This document shows, piece after piece, positions 30,652 through 40,657 of a DNA stretch of 64,000 bases (positions are counted from its first letter, which is position 1; each line of letters begins with the position of its first letter). The notes beneath the pieces are model-generated. The model was not told where the DNA came from and did no database searches. It was given only the letters and a program-made list of their open reading frames with translations. The DNA comes from a virus. Made by a program: the position numbers and the translations under genes. The stretch spans positions 1-64,000 of IMG/VR virus record IMGVR_UViG_3300046337_000201. The stretch is one strand, 5' to 3'.

Positions 30652-30930
30652 CTATCCAAATGATAACATGACCTCAGTTACATCTAATGATGTTGGAGCA
30701 CTTATGGTTATTCCATCTAAGGGTTGAGAAACAGAAATAGCACTTAAAGTAACACCTTGACCTGCTGATAAACCATTAGCTACCGAAGTCAAGCCATTAA
30801 AACTAGAAGTACCTAAAAAGCTTAAAGTTCCTGCTTTGCATAAAACAGTTAATCTTACCACGTTTTGAGAACTAGATATAGTTAAACTCCCATCAGTAAG
30901 AACATAAGTAAATACGTTTGTTGCTCCCAT
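30652..30930 (-). CDS. small all-beta virion protein (vertex/penton candidate)
   Basis: 92 aa, alternating beta pattern, S/T/G-rich, next to fibre genes. Confidence 0.4.
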   Translation of the reverse strand: MGATNVFTYVLTDGSLTISSSQNVVRLTVLCKAGTLSFLGTSSFNGLTSVANGLSAGQGVTLSAISVSQPLDGITISAPTSLDVTEVMLSFG

Positions 30931-30936
30931 TTTATA

Positions 30937-31425
30937 TTATTTTAATAAACTTTTTAAGTTATTCTCGTATGAAAAAGGAATAGTAGTATATATGAACCCA
31001 CTATGCACTTTAACATACCCCTCTGCATTTATCCTTAAGTCTTTTAACTTCAAAGTTAATGTAACCAAATTTACAATATTTTTCAATATTAATGTAGGAT
31101 TGAACGAAAATCTATAAGAAACATCAGTAGATTTTGTTGGAAGGATTACTATATCTTGAATTTCATTAATATTACCCACTTTGATACCATCTAAGTATAT
31201 ATCTAAATACACCTCAGTTACTACTGCTTCTACATTAGAAGCATTGTATACTCTTTGAGTAATATCCAATGCAACATCATCTTTTGATATATTGGCTATT
31301 TTGATACCAATAATCTTATATTGAATATCCTTCAAAAAGTTAATTTGTTTTTGATAATAACGATAAAGAGCAAATCCAATTACTCCTAATCCACTAAATA
31401 TCAAAATAGGTTTTAATGCTTTCAT
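30937..31425 (-). CDS. LEA_2/WHy-like domain membrane protein
   Basis: N-terminal TM; VYNASN...IYLDGIKVG. Confidence 0.6.
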   Translation of the reverse strand: MKALKPILIFSGLGVIGFALYRYYQKQINFLKDIQYKIIGIKIANISKDDVALDITQRVYNASNVEAVVTEVYLDIYLDGIKVGNINEIQDIVILPTKSTDVSYRFSFNPTLILKNIVNLVTLTLKLKDLRINAEGYVKVHSGFIYTTIPFSYENNLKSLLK

Positions 31426-32036
31426 TATTTCTTTCTTAATAATACTATTAATAAAATTACTCCTAATCCAATACCACCATATAGTAATAAATTCTTATTT
31501 GATGTAGTTGAAGTAGATGTATCAACACCTAATAAATCAGATTTAGCATTTTGTATTGATTTCTCACTTAAAGTAGTCAAAGTAGCTAATGTTTCAGCTT
31601 TTGTTGCTTCTGATTGAGCTTTTGCTTGTATAGCAACACAATCTAATTGAGTTTGTATACCTTTAAGTTTACCTTCTATTTCACGAACCACTGCCAATCT
31701 AACTGGCAAGAAAGCATCCTTTGGCTTTGCAGCTAATTCTTTTACAATAGATTCTCCTCTAGTAGACAAGCCATTCAATTTCTTTTGTATGTCATCGCAA
31801 GTCTTTTCAGGATATGCAGCCCACGCTTTTCTTTCTGCATCTTGATTTTCTTTCAAATGCTTTTTACGAAGTTGACTACCAAATAAGTTAGCCCAATCTT
31901 CGCCACCACCTTGAAAAAATTCTTGCCCCCCGGTGAAGTTTTTAAACTCTCTACTCTCATCAGCAAATTGGTGGTTACCTAATCTACTAGGAGCATGTGC
32001 ACCTTCGGTTGTTCTTTCAATCATATCTATTGCCAT
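31425..32036 (-). CDS. tail-anchored membrane protein
   Basis: C-terminal TM + RKK; N-terminal FKNFTGG motif. Confidence 0.75.
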   Translation of the reverse strand: MAIDMIERTTEGAHAPSRLGNHQFADESREFKNFTGGQEFFQGGGEDWANLFGSQLRKKHLKENQDAERKAWAAYPEKTCDDIQKKLNGLSTRGESIVKELAAKPKDAFLPVRLAVVREIEGKLKGIQTQLDCVAIQAKAQSEATKAETLATLTTLSEKSIQNAKSDLLGVDTSTSTTSNKNLLLYGGIGLGVILLIVLLRKK

Positions 32037-32069
32037 AAAATAATTTTTTCTTGTTGTTAATAATGCCTT

Positions 32070-32684
32070 TTATTTACTTTTGCTTTTAGCTAAAAAATAG
32101 ATTAATGCAATAACACCTAATCCTAATGCACCTAGTCCTATGTACTTCATCGTATTATCACCTTGAACACCTTGTGGTGGTGGATAATCGCCTTTAGCAC
32201 CCATTGTAGTGTCATTTGTTACTACATTTGAGCCAACACTAGCTTCTTGACTAGGAGGTGTATATAATGGAGTTTTTAAAATTCCACTAGGAGTAGGTAT
32301 TTTTATTCCTAAATCTTGGTTACCATATTTAGGTAATACGCTATAAGGAGTTTTACCTAAAAGACTATCAGCAGTTGGAGGAGCTATTGCTAATCCACTA
32401 TCAATTGAACCAACACCTGATTGCATATCTTTTATAGTATTTTGCATTGTGTTAATCCATGAAGATAACGCAGTTATATTTCTAGTCTTAATACGCTTAC
32501 CACCTGAAGTACTTGGTTTTGAGTTTTTTAATGTAGATAGCTCAATAGTAGCTTTCCCTATATTTTGTCTTACCTCGTTAATATCTTGACTTAAAGGGTA
32601 TTTAGATGCGAACTCATTTGCAGCTTCCGCTTTTCGTTGAGCTTCTCCACCTATTAATGTTTTTCCAAATATTGCAATTGCCAT
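32070..32684 (-). CDS. tail-anchored membrane protein
   Basis: C-terminal TM + KSKSK. Confidence 0.75.
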   Translation of the reverse strand: MAIAIFGKTLIGGEAQRKAEAANEFASKYPLSQDINEVRQNIGKATIELSTLKNSKPSTSGGKRIKTRNITALSSWINTMQNTIKDMQSGVGSIDSGLAIAPPTADSLLGKTPYSVLPKYGNQDLGIKIPTPSGILKTPLYTPPSQEASVGSNVVTNDTTMGAKGDYPPPQGVQGDNTMKYIGLGALGLGVIALIYFLAKSKSK

Positions 32685-32695
32685 AACCTTTATTT

Positions 32696-33217
32696 TTAGA
32701 TTTGATATTTAATTCCTTTTGCAGCCCAATCTTTGTTGATACTTGTTACTCTAGCACTAGTCAATCCACCCCACTCATTACCTAACTCACTTTTTACGAA
32801 AGTAAATAAGTCCATAGGATTACCGACAGGGATTCCAAAAGCATAATTTTGTCTATTTCCAAAAGCTGCTATCAATTTAGCAACATCTAAATTATTTTTC
32901 ATACTTTTTAAAGTACTTTCCACCGCAGCGTAATCATCCCCAACTGCATATCTCATACCATTATAAGCAGTATTAGCAAAAGTTACATAGTTACTATCTA
33001 AATACGTTGGCTTGTCACCATTAGATTGAGCAACCTTAATTTCACTACTAATGTTATTTACAAGTTCTTGATTCTTTTTAGCTTGGTCAGTAGGAAATAC
33101 TTTATCGTAAACTCTTTTACCTACTAAAAAAACTATTGCTCCACCACCAACAATAACGATACCTTTCGCCCATGATGGTAAGTCTTTGTAATAATCGTAA
33201 AATCCTGCTTTTGCCAT
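32696..33217 (-). CDS. membrane protein with N-terminal TM and helical domain
   Basis: LPSWAKGIVIVGGGAIVFLVG. Confidence 0.7.
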   Translation of the reverse strand: MAKAGFYDYYKDLPSWAKGIVIVGGGAIVFLVGKRVYDKVFPTDQAKKNQELVNNISSEIKVAQSNGDKPTYLDSNYVTFANTAYNGMRYAVGDDYAAVESTLKSMKNNLDVAKLIAAFGNRQNYAFGIPVGNPMDLFTFVKSELGNEWGGLTSARVTSINKDWAAKGIKYQI

Positions 33218-33227
33218 AACTTTAATT

Positions 33228-34034
33228 TTAATAGCCTACTGCGTAGACATCTTTTATTTTATATTCTTCTATATAATCTCTAATGAACTTATTGATTATA
33301 TCATATCTTTTTTTATTTTGCTCACTTGGGTAACCTATAAAAGTATCTCCAAACGCAGCATAAGCTTCTCTAATTGGATAACCTAATCCTAAGTATATAG
33401 TTAATCCATTCAAATCAGCCTCAGTTTCATTCGTTATATCACTATTTAAGTAAAAGTGACTAAACTCGTGTAACAATATTGCCATTCTCATTGGAATGGT
33501 ATAAGGTAAGAAAGACTCTTGAGATACTTGTATTCTACCATTTTTAGTAGAAATACGAGCAGGAGTAGCCATTTTCTCGCCACTTTTATTATTCTTAATG
33601 TATGGTAGGTATTCTATTTTAAAGCTCCCTACACTACTTACATAGTCTTTTGGGGCACTAATCCAACCCGCATTGTAACAAAACTTTTGAGCAAATGCTA
33701 CAAAGTTGCGTACCATTGAATTATCCATCTTTGTTTTACCCAAAGTAATATCTAACTCTTCTTTCTTAATATCTACTACTTGAAAGCTATTATCTTGCCC
33801 CTTTTGTAAATTGCCATTAGCCTTATTGTAAACCGATAAACTTGTTGAATATGGAGAAAGAGGCATTCTTACGAAAAGTTCTTCTTGTCCATTAATAGTT
33901 TTTTCTCTATCGGTGAAATAAGTATTAGCTTGGTTTTTATCGAACACTTTCACTACAATCACTTGAGGTGTTTGAGTTTTAATCACGATTTTAACCATGA
34001 TTGGTTCGTAAAGGGTAAGTAGCTTATAATTCAT
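33228..34034 (-). CDS. HExxH zinc metallopeptidase, candidate virion maturation protease
   Basis: ILLHEFSH followed by ETEAD (third ligand). Confidence 0.75.
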   Translation of the reverse strand: MNYKLLTLYEPIMVKIVIKTQTPQVIVVKVFDKNQANTYFTDREKTINGQEELFVRMPLSPYSTSLSVYNKANGNLQKGQDNSFQVVDIKKEELDITLGKTKMDNSMVRNFVAFAQKFCYNAGWISAPKDYVSSVGSFKIEYLPYIKNNKSGEKMATPARISTKNGRIQVSQESFLPYTIPMRMAILLHEFSHFYLNSDITNETEADLNGLTIYLGLGYPIREAYAAFGDTFIGYPSEQNKKRYDIINKFIRDYIEEYKIKDVYAVGY

Positions 34035-34035
34035 A

Positions 34036-34317
34036 TTAGATATATAGTGGGGCTTGTATTCTTTGTGGTTGAATAGCGTATCTTCCTTGTGTTAATTGCT
34101 CTTTCTTAGCTTGTTGTTTCTTAGTTACAATGTCAACTGGCATCATAATATTATATTGAGCTAATAATGGGTTGCTATACTTAGCTGATTCCTCAACTAA
34201 AATAGTAGCCGCTGATACCTCACTCGCTTTTACACTATTTTTATTTTTATAATAATAATATAAAGTAAGTGCACCCGCACCACCTAAAATCCACCAAATT
34301 AAATTATCTTTTTTCAT
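34036..34317 (-). CDS. membrane protein, N-terminal TM
   Basis: LIWWILGGAGALTLYYYY. Confidence 0.7.
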   Translation of the reverse strand: MKKDNLIWWILGGAGALTLYYYYKNKNSVKASEVSAATILVEESAKYSNPLLAQYNIMMPVDIVTKKQQAKKEQLTQGRYAIQPQRIQAPLYI

Positions 34318-34607
34318 TATGCTTTCTTTTTCATTAGTTGACTAATAACGATTGCACCTACGATAACACCACCTACTATAAGTAAAGTGCTTGTTGGGAA
34401 TCCAAATACTGTTTTGCTCATATTACTACTTTTAAGTTGTGACAACTTGTTATTAATATCTTCATTAAGATTAGCGTTTAATGGAAAAACACCTTTCTTT
34501 TTTTCTCTACTAAGCCAATCCGAAAAGTTTAACGTACCCCCTTCATCTTTATATAGTTTGAAGAGTTGATTTGCAGTTAGCTTTTGTTCCAAATTTACTT
34601 CTTCCAT
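34317..34607 (-). CDS. tail-anchored membrane protein
   Basis: C-terminal TM + KKKA. Confidence 0.7.
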   Translation of the reverse strand: MEEVNLEQKLTANQLFKLYKDEGGTLNFSDWLSREKKKGVFPLNANLNEDINNKLSQLKSSNMSKTVFGFPTSTLLIVGGVIVGAIVISQLMKKKA

Positions 34608-34623
34608 TTTTTGTGGTTATTTT

Positions 34624-35076
34624 TTATTGTGGTATTGAAGGATTTATTGCATTTTTTAATGCGTTTAAATCCATTTGAGTATCAATTGATTTTTTATTAA
34701 TCCAAAATTGTAAAGCTTGTTCAGTCTTTGTACCAAATATACCATCTTCAACCAACTTAATTAATTTCTTACCACTAAATTTATCTTGAGGTAACGAATA
34801 TCCTTTTTGATTAATTAATTTTTGCAATTCAACAACTTTACCTTTTGGCATTAATGGAGCACCATTATCCCTATCACCCTTCTTAATTGAATTAGGATTA
34901 CTAGGTACTACACTCTTTGTAGGTGTAGTTTCTTTTGAGGTGTTAGTGGCATTACTATCTATTGCAGCACCTTTACTTGAAGCTTTTTTACCTAATAAAC
35001 TTTTTATTACGAAGTAAGCTCCAACGATTGCTACTATACTAGCACCAACCATTAATTGTTTCTTATCTAGCTTCAT
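34624..35076 (-). CDS. membrane-anchored peptidoglycan-binding protein
   Basis: N-terminal TM; KKGD...VVELQKLIN...DGIFGTKTEQAL (PG_binding_1-like). Confidence 0.75.
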   Translation of the reverse strand: MKLDKKQLMVGASIVAIVGAYFVIKSLLGKKASSKGAAIDSNATNTSKETTPTKSVVPSNPNSIKKGDRDNGAPLMPKGKVVELQKLINQKGYSLPQDKFSGKKLIKLVEDGIFGTKTEQALQFWINKKSIDTQMDLNALKNAINPSIPQ

Positions 35077-35303
35077 TTATCTTCTAATTTAGGTAATAAC
35101 AATTGAGATACGATACCACCAACCAAAGCTCCTATAAATGCCGAAGAAACTAGATTATAGCTTCTTGACATACCAATTAAAAGACCACCACCCATTCCTA
35201 TAAAAGCTCCTGCAATAGTACCCTTAGTCTTTTTTAAAGCCATACTATCACTCTTGGATTTCAAAAGTTTTACTTTATCTAATATATCTTTTGCCTCTGC
35301 CAT
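35073..35303 (-). CDS. small glycine-zipper membrane protein
   Basis: GAFIGMGGG / FIGALVGG. Confidence 0.7.
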   Translation of the reverse strand: MAEAKDILDKVKLLKSKSDSMALKKTKGTIAGAFIGMGGGLLIGMSRSYNLVSSAFIGALVGGIVSQLLLPKLEDK

Positions 35304-35313
35304 TTGTTTAAAT

Positions 35314-35727
35314 TTACGCTATTTTAGGCAAATCTAGTGGTAGTTGTGTACCATTTGATTTTTGACCTAAATTAACTTTATTACAATTTTTTTGAATAAC
35401 ACCACCCGCTGCATTCATATATCCACTACAATTAACTTCCAACCCAATGTTATTATCATAAACATTTGGAATAGAGTTTGTAGGCTTGATGTAAATAGGC
35501 TTTTTTAAATTGATTAAAGTATCTATTGTACCACTATTAGTGTCATAGATGCGTTCACCATTAGCGTTTAGTTCTTTGCCAGTTGCATATTTAACATTAT
35601 CAGGTGTATCATTACTTGAACCTGATACTAAAACTGTGGGTTTCTTTTGATAATGTTTCCATACATAATAGCCAATGATGTATAAAACACCACCACCAAT
35701 TACATAATTTAAAGTCTTTTTATTCAT
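35314..35727 (-). CDS. membrane protein, N-terminal TM
   Basis: TM; LNANG and YMNAAG motifs. Confidence 0.7.
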   Translation of the reverse strand: MNKKTLNYVIGGGVLYIIGYYVWKHYQKKPTVLVSGSSNDTPDNVKYATGKELNANGERIYDTNSGTIDTLINLKKPIYIKPTNSIPNVYDNNIGLEVNCSGYMNAAGGVIQKNCNKVNLGQKSNGTQLPLDLPKIA

Positions 35728-35745
35728 AACGATAATTTAAAGATA

Positions 35746-36015
35746 TTATCTTCCATAAGTTAATTTCTGACCTAATGTGTTTAATCCACTAGGCATATTT
35801 GCTGCTTTACCAAAACGAGGTACACCACTTGCATTTACATTAGGTTCGCCACTTGCATTGAAGTAAGAACCAGTCCAAGATGCTTCACTAGGAGTAGTTG
35901 TAGATTTAGCTGCTTTTGCTGCTTTATCTTTTTTCATTTTCATCCAATACCAATAAGCACCACCTGCAACTACTGCAAGTACCAATAAATTTTTACCCTT
36001 TAACATATTTTTCAT
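35746..36015 (-). CDS. membrane protein, N-terminal TM
   Basis: TM; YFNASG and VNASG motifs. Confidence 0.7.
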   Translation of the reverse strand: MKNMLKGKNLLVLAVVAGGAYWYWMKMKKDKAAKAAKSTTTPSEASWTGSYFNASGEPNVNASGVPRFGKAANMPSGLNTLGQKLTYGR

Positions 36016-36032
36016 TTTAAATTATGATTTAA

Positions 36033-36782
36033 TTATTTCTTATACTTTTTGTATGCCAAAAATACAATAACACTAACTGCTAATATTCCAACACCTACCC
36101 ATACATAAGTCATCATATTAGATTGTGGTTGATTAGGTAAGTTTTGTTTCATTTGGTCTTGAACACCTTGTAATTGTAAAGATTGCTCTTGTAATGCGTT
36201 TTGCTTTGCTTGAGTCTTATTAGACATGCTTTGTAAGCCAATTTGAATACCCGCATTTACGTTTTCAGATGTCAAAACATTATCTTTTAAGAATCCACCA
36301 ATACTAGATAACGCTAATCCTACTTTAGTTTTACCTTGAGGATTTGTTGTTGTGTCAACTCTTGCAGCTTTCTTTTGTGCACTTGTTAATTTAGGAGTTG
36401 CTAATTTAGGAGTACTAGTTGTAGTGCTTTTACCTAACCCTAAAAAGCCTTTATCTTTACCAATACCTAAAAAACCAAAGTATTCATCCTCTCCTACGAA
36501 AGAATAATCATCAATTCCAGTAAACCCAAAATCAACCGCAGTGAAGCTTTTAAAATCTTCAGTAGCCTTTGGTACTTGTGAGCTTAAATATGTTGTTAAA
36601 TCGCTTCTAAACGTGCCACTCTTAGCATTAGCCATTAAGACTGCTAAAGTAACTTCATTATCTGAAGGATTATTAGGCATTTGAATACCATTTCTTTCAA
36701 GTAATCTAATTAAACCATTCTTATCAGTTAAAACTGCGTAAGATAATGCTTCATTTACTACTTGTGTTGCGTTTATTGCCAT
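36033..36782 (-). CDS. tail-anchored virion membrane protein
   Basis: C-terminal TM + KKYKK; internal FxG repeats. Confidence 0.75.
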   Translation of the reverse strand: MAINATQVVNEALSYAVLTDKNGLIRLLERNGIQMPNNPSDNEVTLAVLMANAKSGTFRSDLTTYLSSQVPKATEDFKSFTAVDFGFTGIDDYSFVGEDEYFGFLGIGKDKGFLGLGKSTTTSTPKLATPKLTSAQKKAARVDTTTNPQGKTKVGLALSSIGGFLKDNVLTSENVNAGIQIGLQSMSNKTQAKQNALQEQSLQLQGVQDQMKQNLPNQPQSNMMTYVWVGVGILAVSVIVFLAYKKYKK

Positions 36783-36786
36783 TGTA

Positions 36787-37197
36787 TTATTTTTTAATCA
36801 TGATTGCAAAAGCTATTAACACTGTTCCAAATATCACTGCCATTGTTGTTTGGTTTGTTAATTGCTTGTTTTCTGCGGTTTGTTGTGCCGCTTGTAATTG
36901 TCCTGAAAAATTCATGTAATTTTCAAGAATCTTTGTGTGCTCTCTTTCACTATCCTTTTCCACTAATTTCGAATCAAATTTCTTTTTAAAATAATCCATA
37001 AATAAATCCTTATCAGGATTATTCTCAATTATTTCCATCATTGCGGGTTCCCCCTCGTAGCTAACCAATTGTTGTAGTACGCTTGATAAAGGTTGGTCTT
37101 TATCAAATTCATACCCATACTTATGTGCAAGTGACCTTACAAAATAAGGATTTGCTTGTGCGGTGTATGTGAATATATTTACTCTAGGTAATGACAT
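36787..37197 (-). CDS. tail-anchored membrane protein
   Basis: YMNFSG; C-terminal TM + KK. Confidence 0.75.
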   Translation of the reverse strand: MSLPRVNIFTYTAQANPYFVRSLAHKYGYEFDKDQPLSSVLQQLVSYEGEPAMMEIIENNPDKDLFMDYFKKKFDSKLVEKDSEREHTKILENYMNFSGQLQAAQQTAENKQLTNQTTMAVIFGTVLIAFAIMIKK

Positions 37198-37222
37198 AGT
37201 ACGAATTTACTAAATTTTAATT

Positions 37223-37272
37223 AAAAAAAGGGTATAAGTATAAGATATTAAATCCCAACTTACACCCCTTTC
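37223..37272 (-). terminator. intrinsic terminator after capsid candidate
   Basis: GGGTGTAAGT/ACTTATACCC stem + T7. Confidence 0.7.
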
Positions 37273-37303
37273 TTATTTTTTTTATCTACTTTCTAAACTA
37301 GAA

Positions 37304-37999
37304 TTATCTAGTTGCAGGTCTGATAATCTTTGGACTACCATATTGCTTAGAAACTGGATTTCCACCCAATCCACGAGCAATGTTGATTGTATCAGAAGGG
37401 TAGAATTGGAACTGAACTGTTGTTGCAGCATAAAGTTGGAAAGTCAACTTTGTGAAACCATCGATTCTGAATGGTTGCTTCAATTCAATTACACCGCTTT
37501 GTTGTTGATACGGGTCAATTGTTGGTGTCAAGATTTTAGTAGCTTGGTTACCATTCGCATCTAATGTGCTTAATGTTAATGGAGCTAAAACTTGAGACGT
37601 TGTACCTGCTACTGAAGAAATCAAAGTACTACCAATTGTGAATGGAGATACACTTGATTGATTCAATAAGTTGTAGTAAGTTACGTTTGATAAACCTGAA
37701 CTAATTGTTACGTTAGATACAGTTAAAGAACCACCACTGAAACCAGTGTTGTTCAAATAAATGTAAGCACCGAATACATCGATAGTTACTGCTGCGTTAG
37801 ACGCATTAGAAACTGTTACGATATAAGGTTGAGAACGTAAAACTGGAGCTGCTGCCATTGGAGCTGCTTCGCCATCTGCACTGAAGAAATTTTCTCCACC
37901 TGCAAAATACATGTCATCATCTACGAATCCATCTACACCGATGAATTGCTCATTTACTTGGCGATTAGCCATTTGTAAATACTTTTGAATACTACTCAT
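37304..37999 (-). CDS. putative major capsid protein (single jelly-roll-like) with acidic propeptide
   Basis: Beta-strand-rich, 231 aa; C-ending codons (TTC, ATC, AAC) enriched against genome background; upstream promoter box and own terminator; next to packaging ATPase. Confidence 0.6.
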   Translation of the reverse strand: MSSIQKYLQMANRQVNEQFIGVDGFVDDDMYFAGGENFFSADGEAAPMAAAPVLRSQPYIVTVSNASNAAVTIDVFGAYIYLNNTGFSGGSLTVSNVTISSGLSNVTYYNLLNQSSVSPFTIGSTLISSVAGTTSQVLAPLTLSTLDANGNQATKILTPTIDPYQQQSGVIELKQPFRIDGFTKLTFQLYAATTVQFQFYPSDTINIARGLGGNPVSKQYGSPKIIRPATR

Positions 38000-38054
38000 T
38001 TTTAATGAATTTTAATTTTTAATTGAATTTGTTTTAAATTCAGTTACTTCTTGA

Positions 38055-38162
38055 TTACGCACCGATTTTAGCCTTGTCTAATAGTGGCTTTGCAACCAAC
38101 ATATATAGAGCAACACCTCCTGCAACGATAAGTAATTGTCCTGCGATTTTTTTGAAATCCAT
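38055..38162 (-). CDS. 35-aa membrane peptide co-transcribed with capsid gene (not in ORF track)
   Basis: MDFKKIAGQLLIVAGGVALYMLVAKPLLDKAKIGA. Confidence 0.75.
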   Translation of the reverse strand: MDFKKIAGQLLIVAGGVALYMLVAKPLLDKAKIGA

Positions 38163-38226
38163 TTTGTAAGATTTTAGATTTTTAAATTGGGTCAACTATT
38201 AAATACAGATTCAATGATTGACACTC

Positions 38227-38234
38227 CAAATTTA
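38227..38234 (-). promoter_or_regulatory. TAAATTTG -7 promoter box for the capsid operon
   Basis: Intergenic, upstream of ATG 38162. Confidence 0.55.
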
Positions 38235-38325
38235 TGTAATTATAAGGCATTAATATATTTTAATTACTTACTTTATTGTAACTTTTTTTTTCTATTGTTT
38301 CGTATGGTTACAATTTGTATATAAA

Positions 38326-38364
38326 ACAAATAACCCCTAAAATCTTTCGATAATAAGGGCTATT
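38326..38364 (-). terminator. putative terminator after ATPase gene
   Basis: AATAGCCCTTA/TAGGGGTTATT stem + T-rich tail. Confidence 0.5.
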
Positions 38365-38385
38365 ATAGGTTAGTAAAATGTGTAA

Positions 38386-39210
38386 TTATGAGAAATAAGA
38401 GTGAATCATCCTTTCTTTTATCTCTTTTATAGCACTTTCTTCAGTGTGTTTTTTCTTATTTCCTTCTTTTTGAACAAGATATGGTTTCAATATCTGCTTG
38501 TAATTTTCATTGATATATTGATTCAAAGCTTCCTCCCTTACATCATCAGGTATATTACCTCTAATCTTAGATTCATCCATATCTACATATAAGAAGTATC
38601 TAATATTACCCCTACCATATTCATTGTTTACCATTATTTCAGCGATACGCATAAACTCAAACTTATCAGGGAATTTTTGAGCATGTCTTTCCACACTCTC
38701 ATTATTCTTATGAAATCTTAATTGATTTAGATTACCCCATATCTTAGTATTAATACGACCTAATGATTGATAAGATAAAATAATATCCAATCCAATATGT
38801 CTATTGGTACAAATAGCACCAATTAAATCACCAGGCATGTGGTCATAGATAAACTTATTAATATCCTCAATTAGTAATAATCCATTCTGAAATCTATTGA
38901 GTACATAGAATAATGCTTGAGCCCATTCATCTAGGGTCATTCTAGCTCCATTTGGATGAAATGGTCTAACTCTACGAATTTGTACGCTTGGATGAACAGT
39001 GAATAGGGGTACATCCTTTAATGATATTGCTTGAACTCCATAAGTACCCGCACCATATTCATCATTCACATCCATTATTAAGCACTTCCTTCCTTTAATA
39101 CCTTGATAGTAGTCACCTTGAACGTATTGGTTCATCATTATCATATGTTGATATGACTTACCAACTCCTTTTTTACCACAAGCTGCCATTAACATTGGTT
39201 CTCTACCCAT
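38386..39210 (-). CDS. A32/P9-like FtsK-HerA genome packaging ATPase
   Basis: Walker A GKKGVGKS, Walker B LLLIED, NRHIGLDIILSYQ (Arg-His...Gln); 274 aa, no nuclease domain. Confidence 0.85.
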   Translation of the reverse strand: MGREPMLMAACGKKGVGKSYQHMIMMNQYVQGDYYQGIKGRKCLIMDVNDEYGAGTYGVQAISLKDVPLFTVHPSVQIRRVRPFHPNGARMTLDEWAQALFYVLNRFQNGLLLIEDINKFIYDHMPGDLIGAICTNRHIGLDIILSYQSLGRINTKIWGNLNQLRFHKNNESVERHAQKFPDKFEFMRIAEIMVNNEYGRGNIRYFLYVDMDESKIRGNIPDDVREEALNQYINENYKQILKPYLVQKEGNKKKHTEESAIKEIKERMIHSYFS

Positions 39211-39215
39211 AATAC

Positions 39216-39500
39216 TTATTTTCTATCTTTTAAAGTTATTTCGAATCTAGCCGAGTCTTTATATTTAGAAAAAGACAATGTTCTAATTTTTGTTACGCAA
39301 AAAGTAAAATCATACTCTACTTTTAAAAAATCCTCCTTCTTAGTAAATATTGGATTTACGATACAATCTTCCACTAACATTTTAAAATCCTCTTCATCTT
39401 CTATTGGATAATCAAAATGTATACTTTCCTCTTCAAATGTTTTTACAAATGATATGATTGTTTTTTTAAAATTAATCCATTCTTGGTTTTTGATTCTCAT
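39216..39500 (-). CDS. hypothetical protein
   Basis: 94-aa ORF. Confidence 0.55.
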   Translation of the reverse strand: MRIKNQEWINFKKTIISFVKTFEEESIHFDYPIEDEEDFKMLVEDCIVNPIFTKKEDFLKVEYDFTFCVTKIRTLSFSKYKDSARFEITLKDRK

Positions 39501-39501
39501 A

Positions 39502-40650
39502 TTAATCTAAATCCGCATAGGGGTCTTTTTCCTTCTTTGGTTGGTTAATAGTTTCATTCAAAATAATAGCTTCTGCAATTTCTTCTTCATCTAATGGAAT
39601 AGAATCAGACTTTGCTTTTCTACCTCTTTTGCCATTATTAGTTCTATTCTTCATTGCTAGTTCGTAAGCACTTGGTGTTCCTTCTGCATCCTTCTTCCAC
39701 TTTTTCTCTTTAGCCAATTGTTGAATAACTCGTGCCTTACCAGTGCTTGGAACTTGCATTTGTTGAACACTACTATTCATTACACTCTCATTTGTTTGAA
39801 AGTTGAAGTCAGCAGCATTAGTATTTATCGTTTGGTCATGATATACTTGTTGAGTAGGAGAAGGTGTTGTCGTTGGTTGTGTTGGATTTGGTTGAGTACT
39901 TGTTGGTCTACTCATTCCACTCTCTTTAAACGCTAATGTATGGTCTTTTATAATATTAATCATATCATTCATAGTACCACGCATTTGAGCTATAATAACC
40001 CCTTTAACTGCAAGGTCTTTACCAAAAGCAAAAAGTAGATATTGCTCATCAGTCATACCCGCACCTCTTTTTTGCAATACTCTAATTAATGGAGGTTTTA
40101 CATCTTTCTTAAACTCTTTACTTACGCTTAGAGTATCTTTATTTTGTTCATTAAATTCTTGAATAAACTCACCCGCAGTTATTGTCTTTCCATATTCATA
40201 TGGTATTTCAATACCTAAATCTATCTCTCCTTCACTTTGTAACTTCCTAAGTTTTCTTTCAGGAAATTGTAATAGTTGATTACCAAAAACGTGTAATTGC
40301 TCATAGCCATCTAAAATCAGATTAGCCATGTGTTCAGCACCCATTTTCTTTTCAGCATCAGACAAGTCGTTCATCATAGGGTTTATTGGAGGAGGAGTGC
40401 TTTTAGCACCACCGCCACCACCACTAGGAGCCGCATCACCACCTAGCATATCGTAGGGATTCTCGCCAGTGTCTATGGAGTGAGGTTGAAATGTTGGTTC
40501 AGGAATAGCATTTGTCATTTGTTCTTGACTAACACCTACCGATAAATTGGTATATGGTTTCTCGTTTACATTCTCAAAAAATGGATTGTAAGTTCTAGTA
40601 GGTTGACTAATAGGAGCTTCTTGCGTGGTTATTTTTTGTTCTTCACTCAT
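39502..40650 (-). CDS. hypothetical protein, partly disordered; possible packaging or assembly factor
   Basis: 382 aa, P/T/Q-rich flanks, two genes upstream of the ATPase. Confidence 0.65.
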   Translation of the reverse strand: MSEEQKITTQEAPISQPTRTYNPFFENVNEKPYTNLSVGVSQEQMTNAIPEPTFQPHSIDTGENPYDMLGGDAAPSGGGGGAKSTPPPINPMMNDLSDAEKKMGAEHMANLILDGYEQLHVFGNQLLQFPERKLRKLQSEGEIDLGIEIPYEYGKTITAGEFIQEFNEQNKDTLSVSKEFKKDVKPPLIRVLQKRGAGMTDEQYLLFAFGKDLAVKGVIIAQMRGTMNDMINIIKDHTLAFKESGMSRPTSTQPNPTQPTTTPSPTQQVYHDQTINTNAADFNFQTNESVMNSSVQQMQVPSTGKARVIQQLAKEKKWKKDAEGTPSAYELAMKNRTNNGKRGRKAKSDSIPLDEEEIAEAIILNETINQPKKEKDPYADLD

Positions 40651-40657
40651 TTAATTA

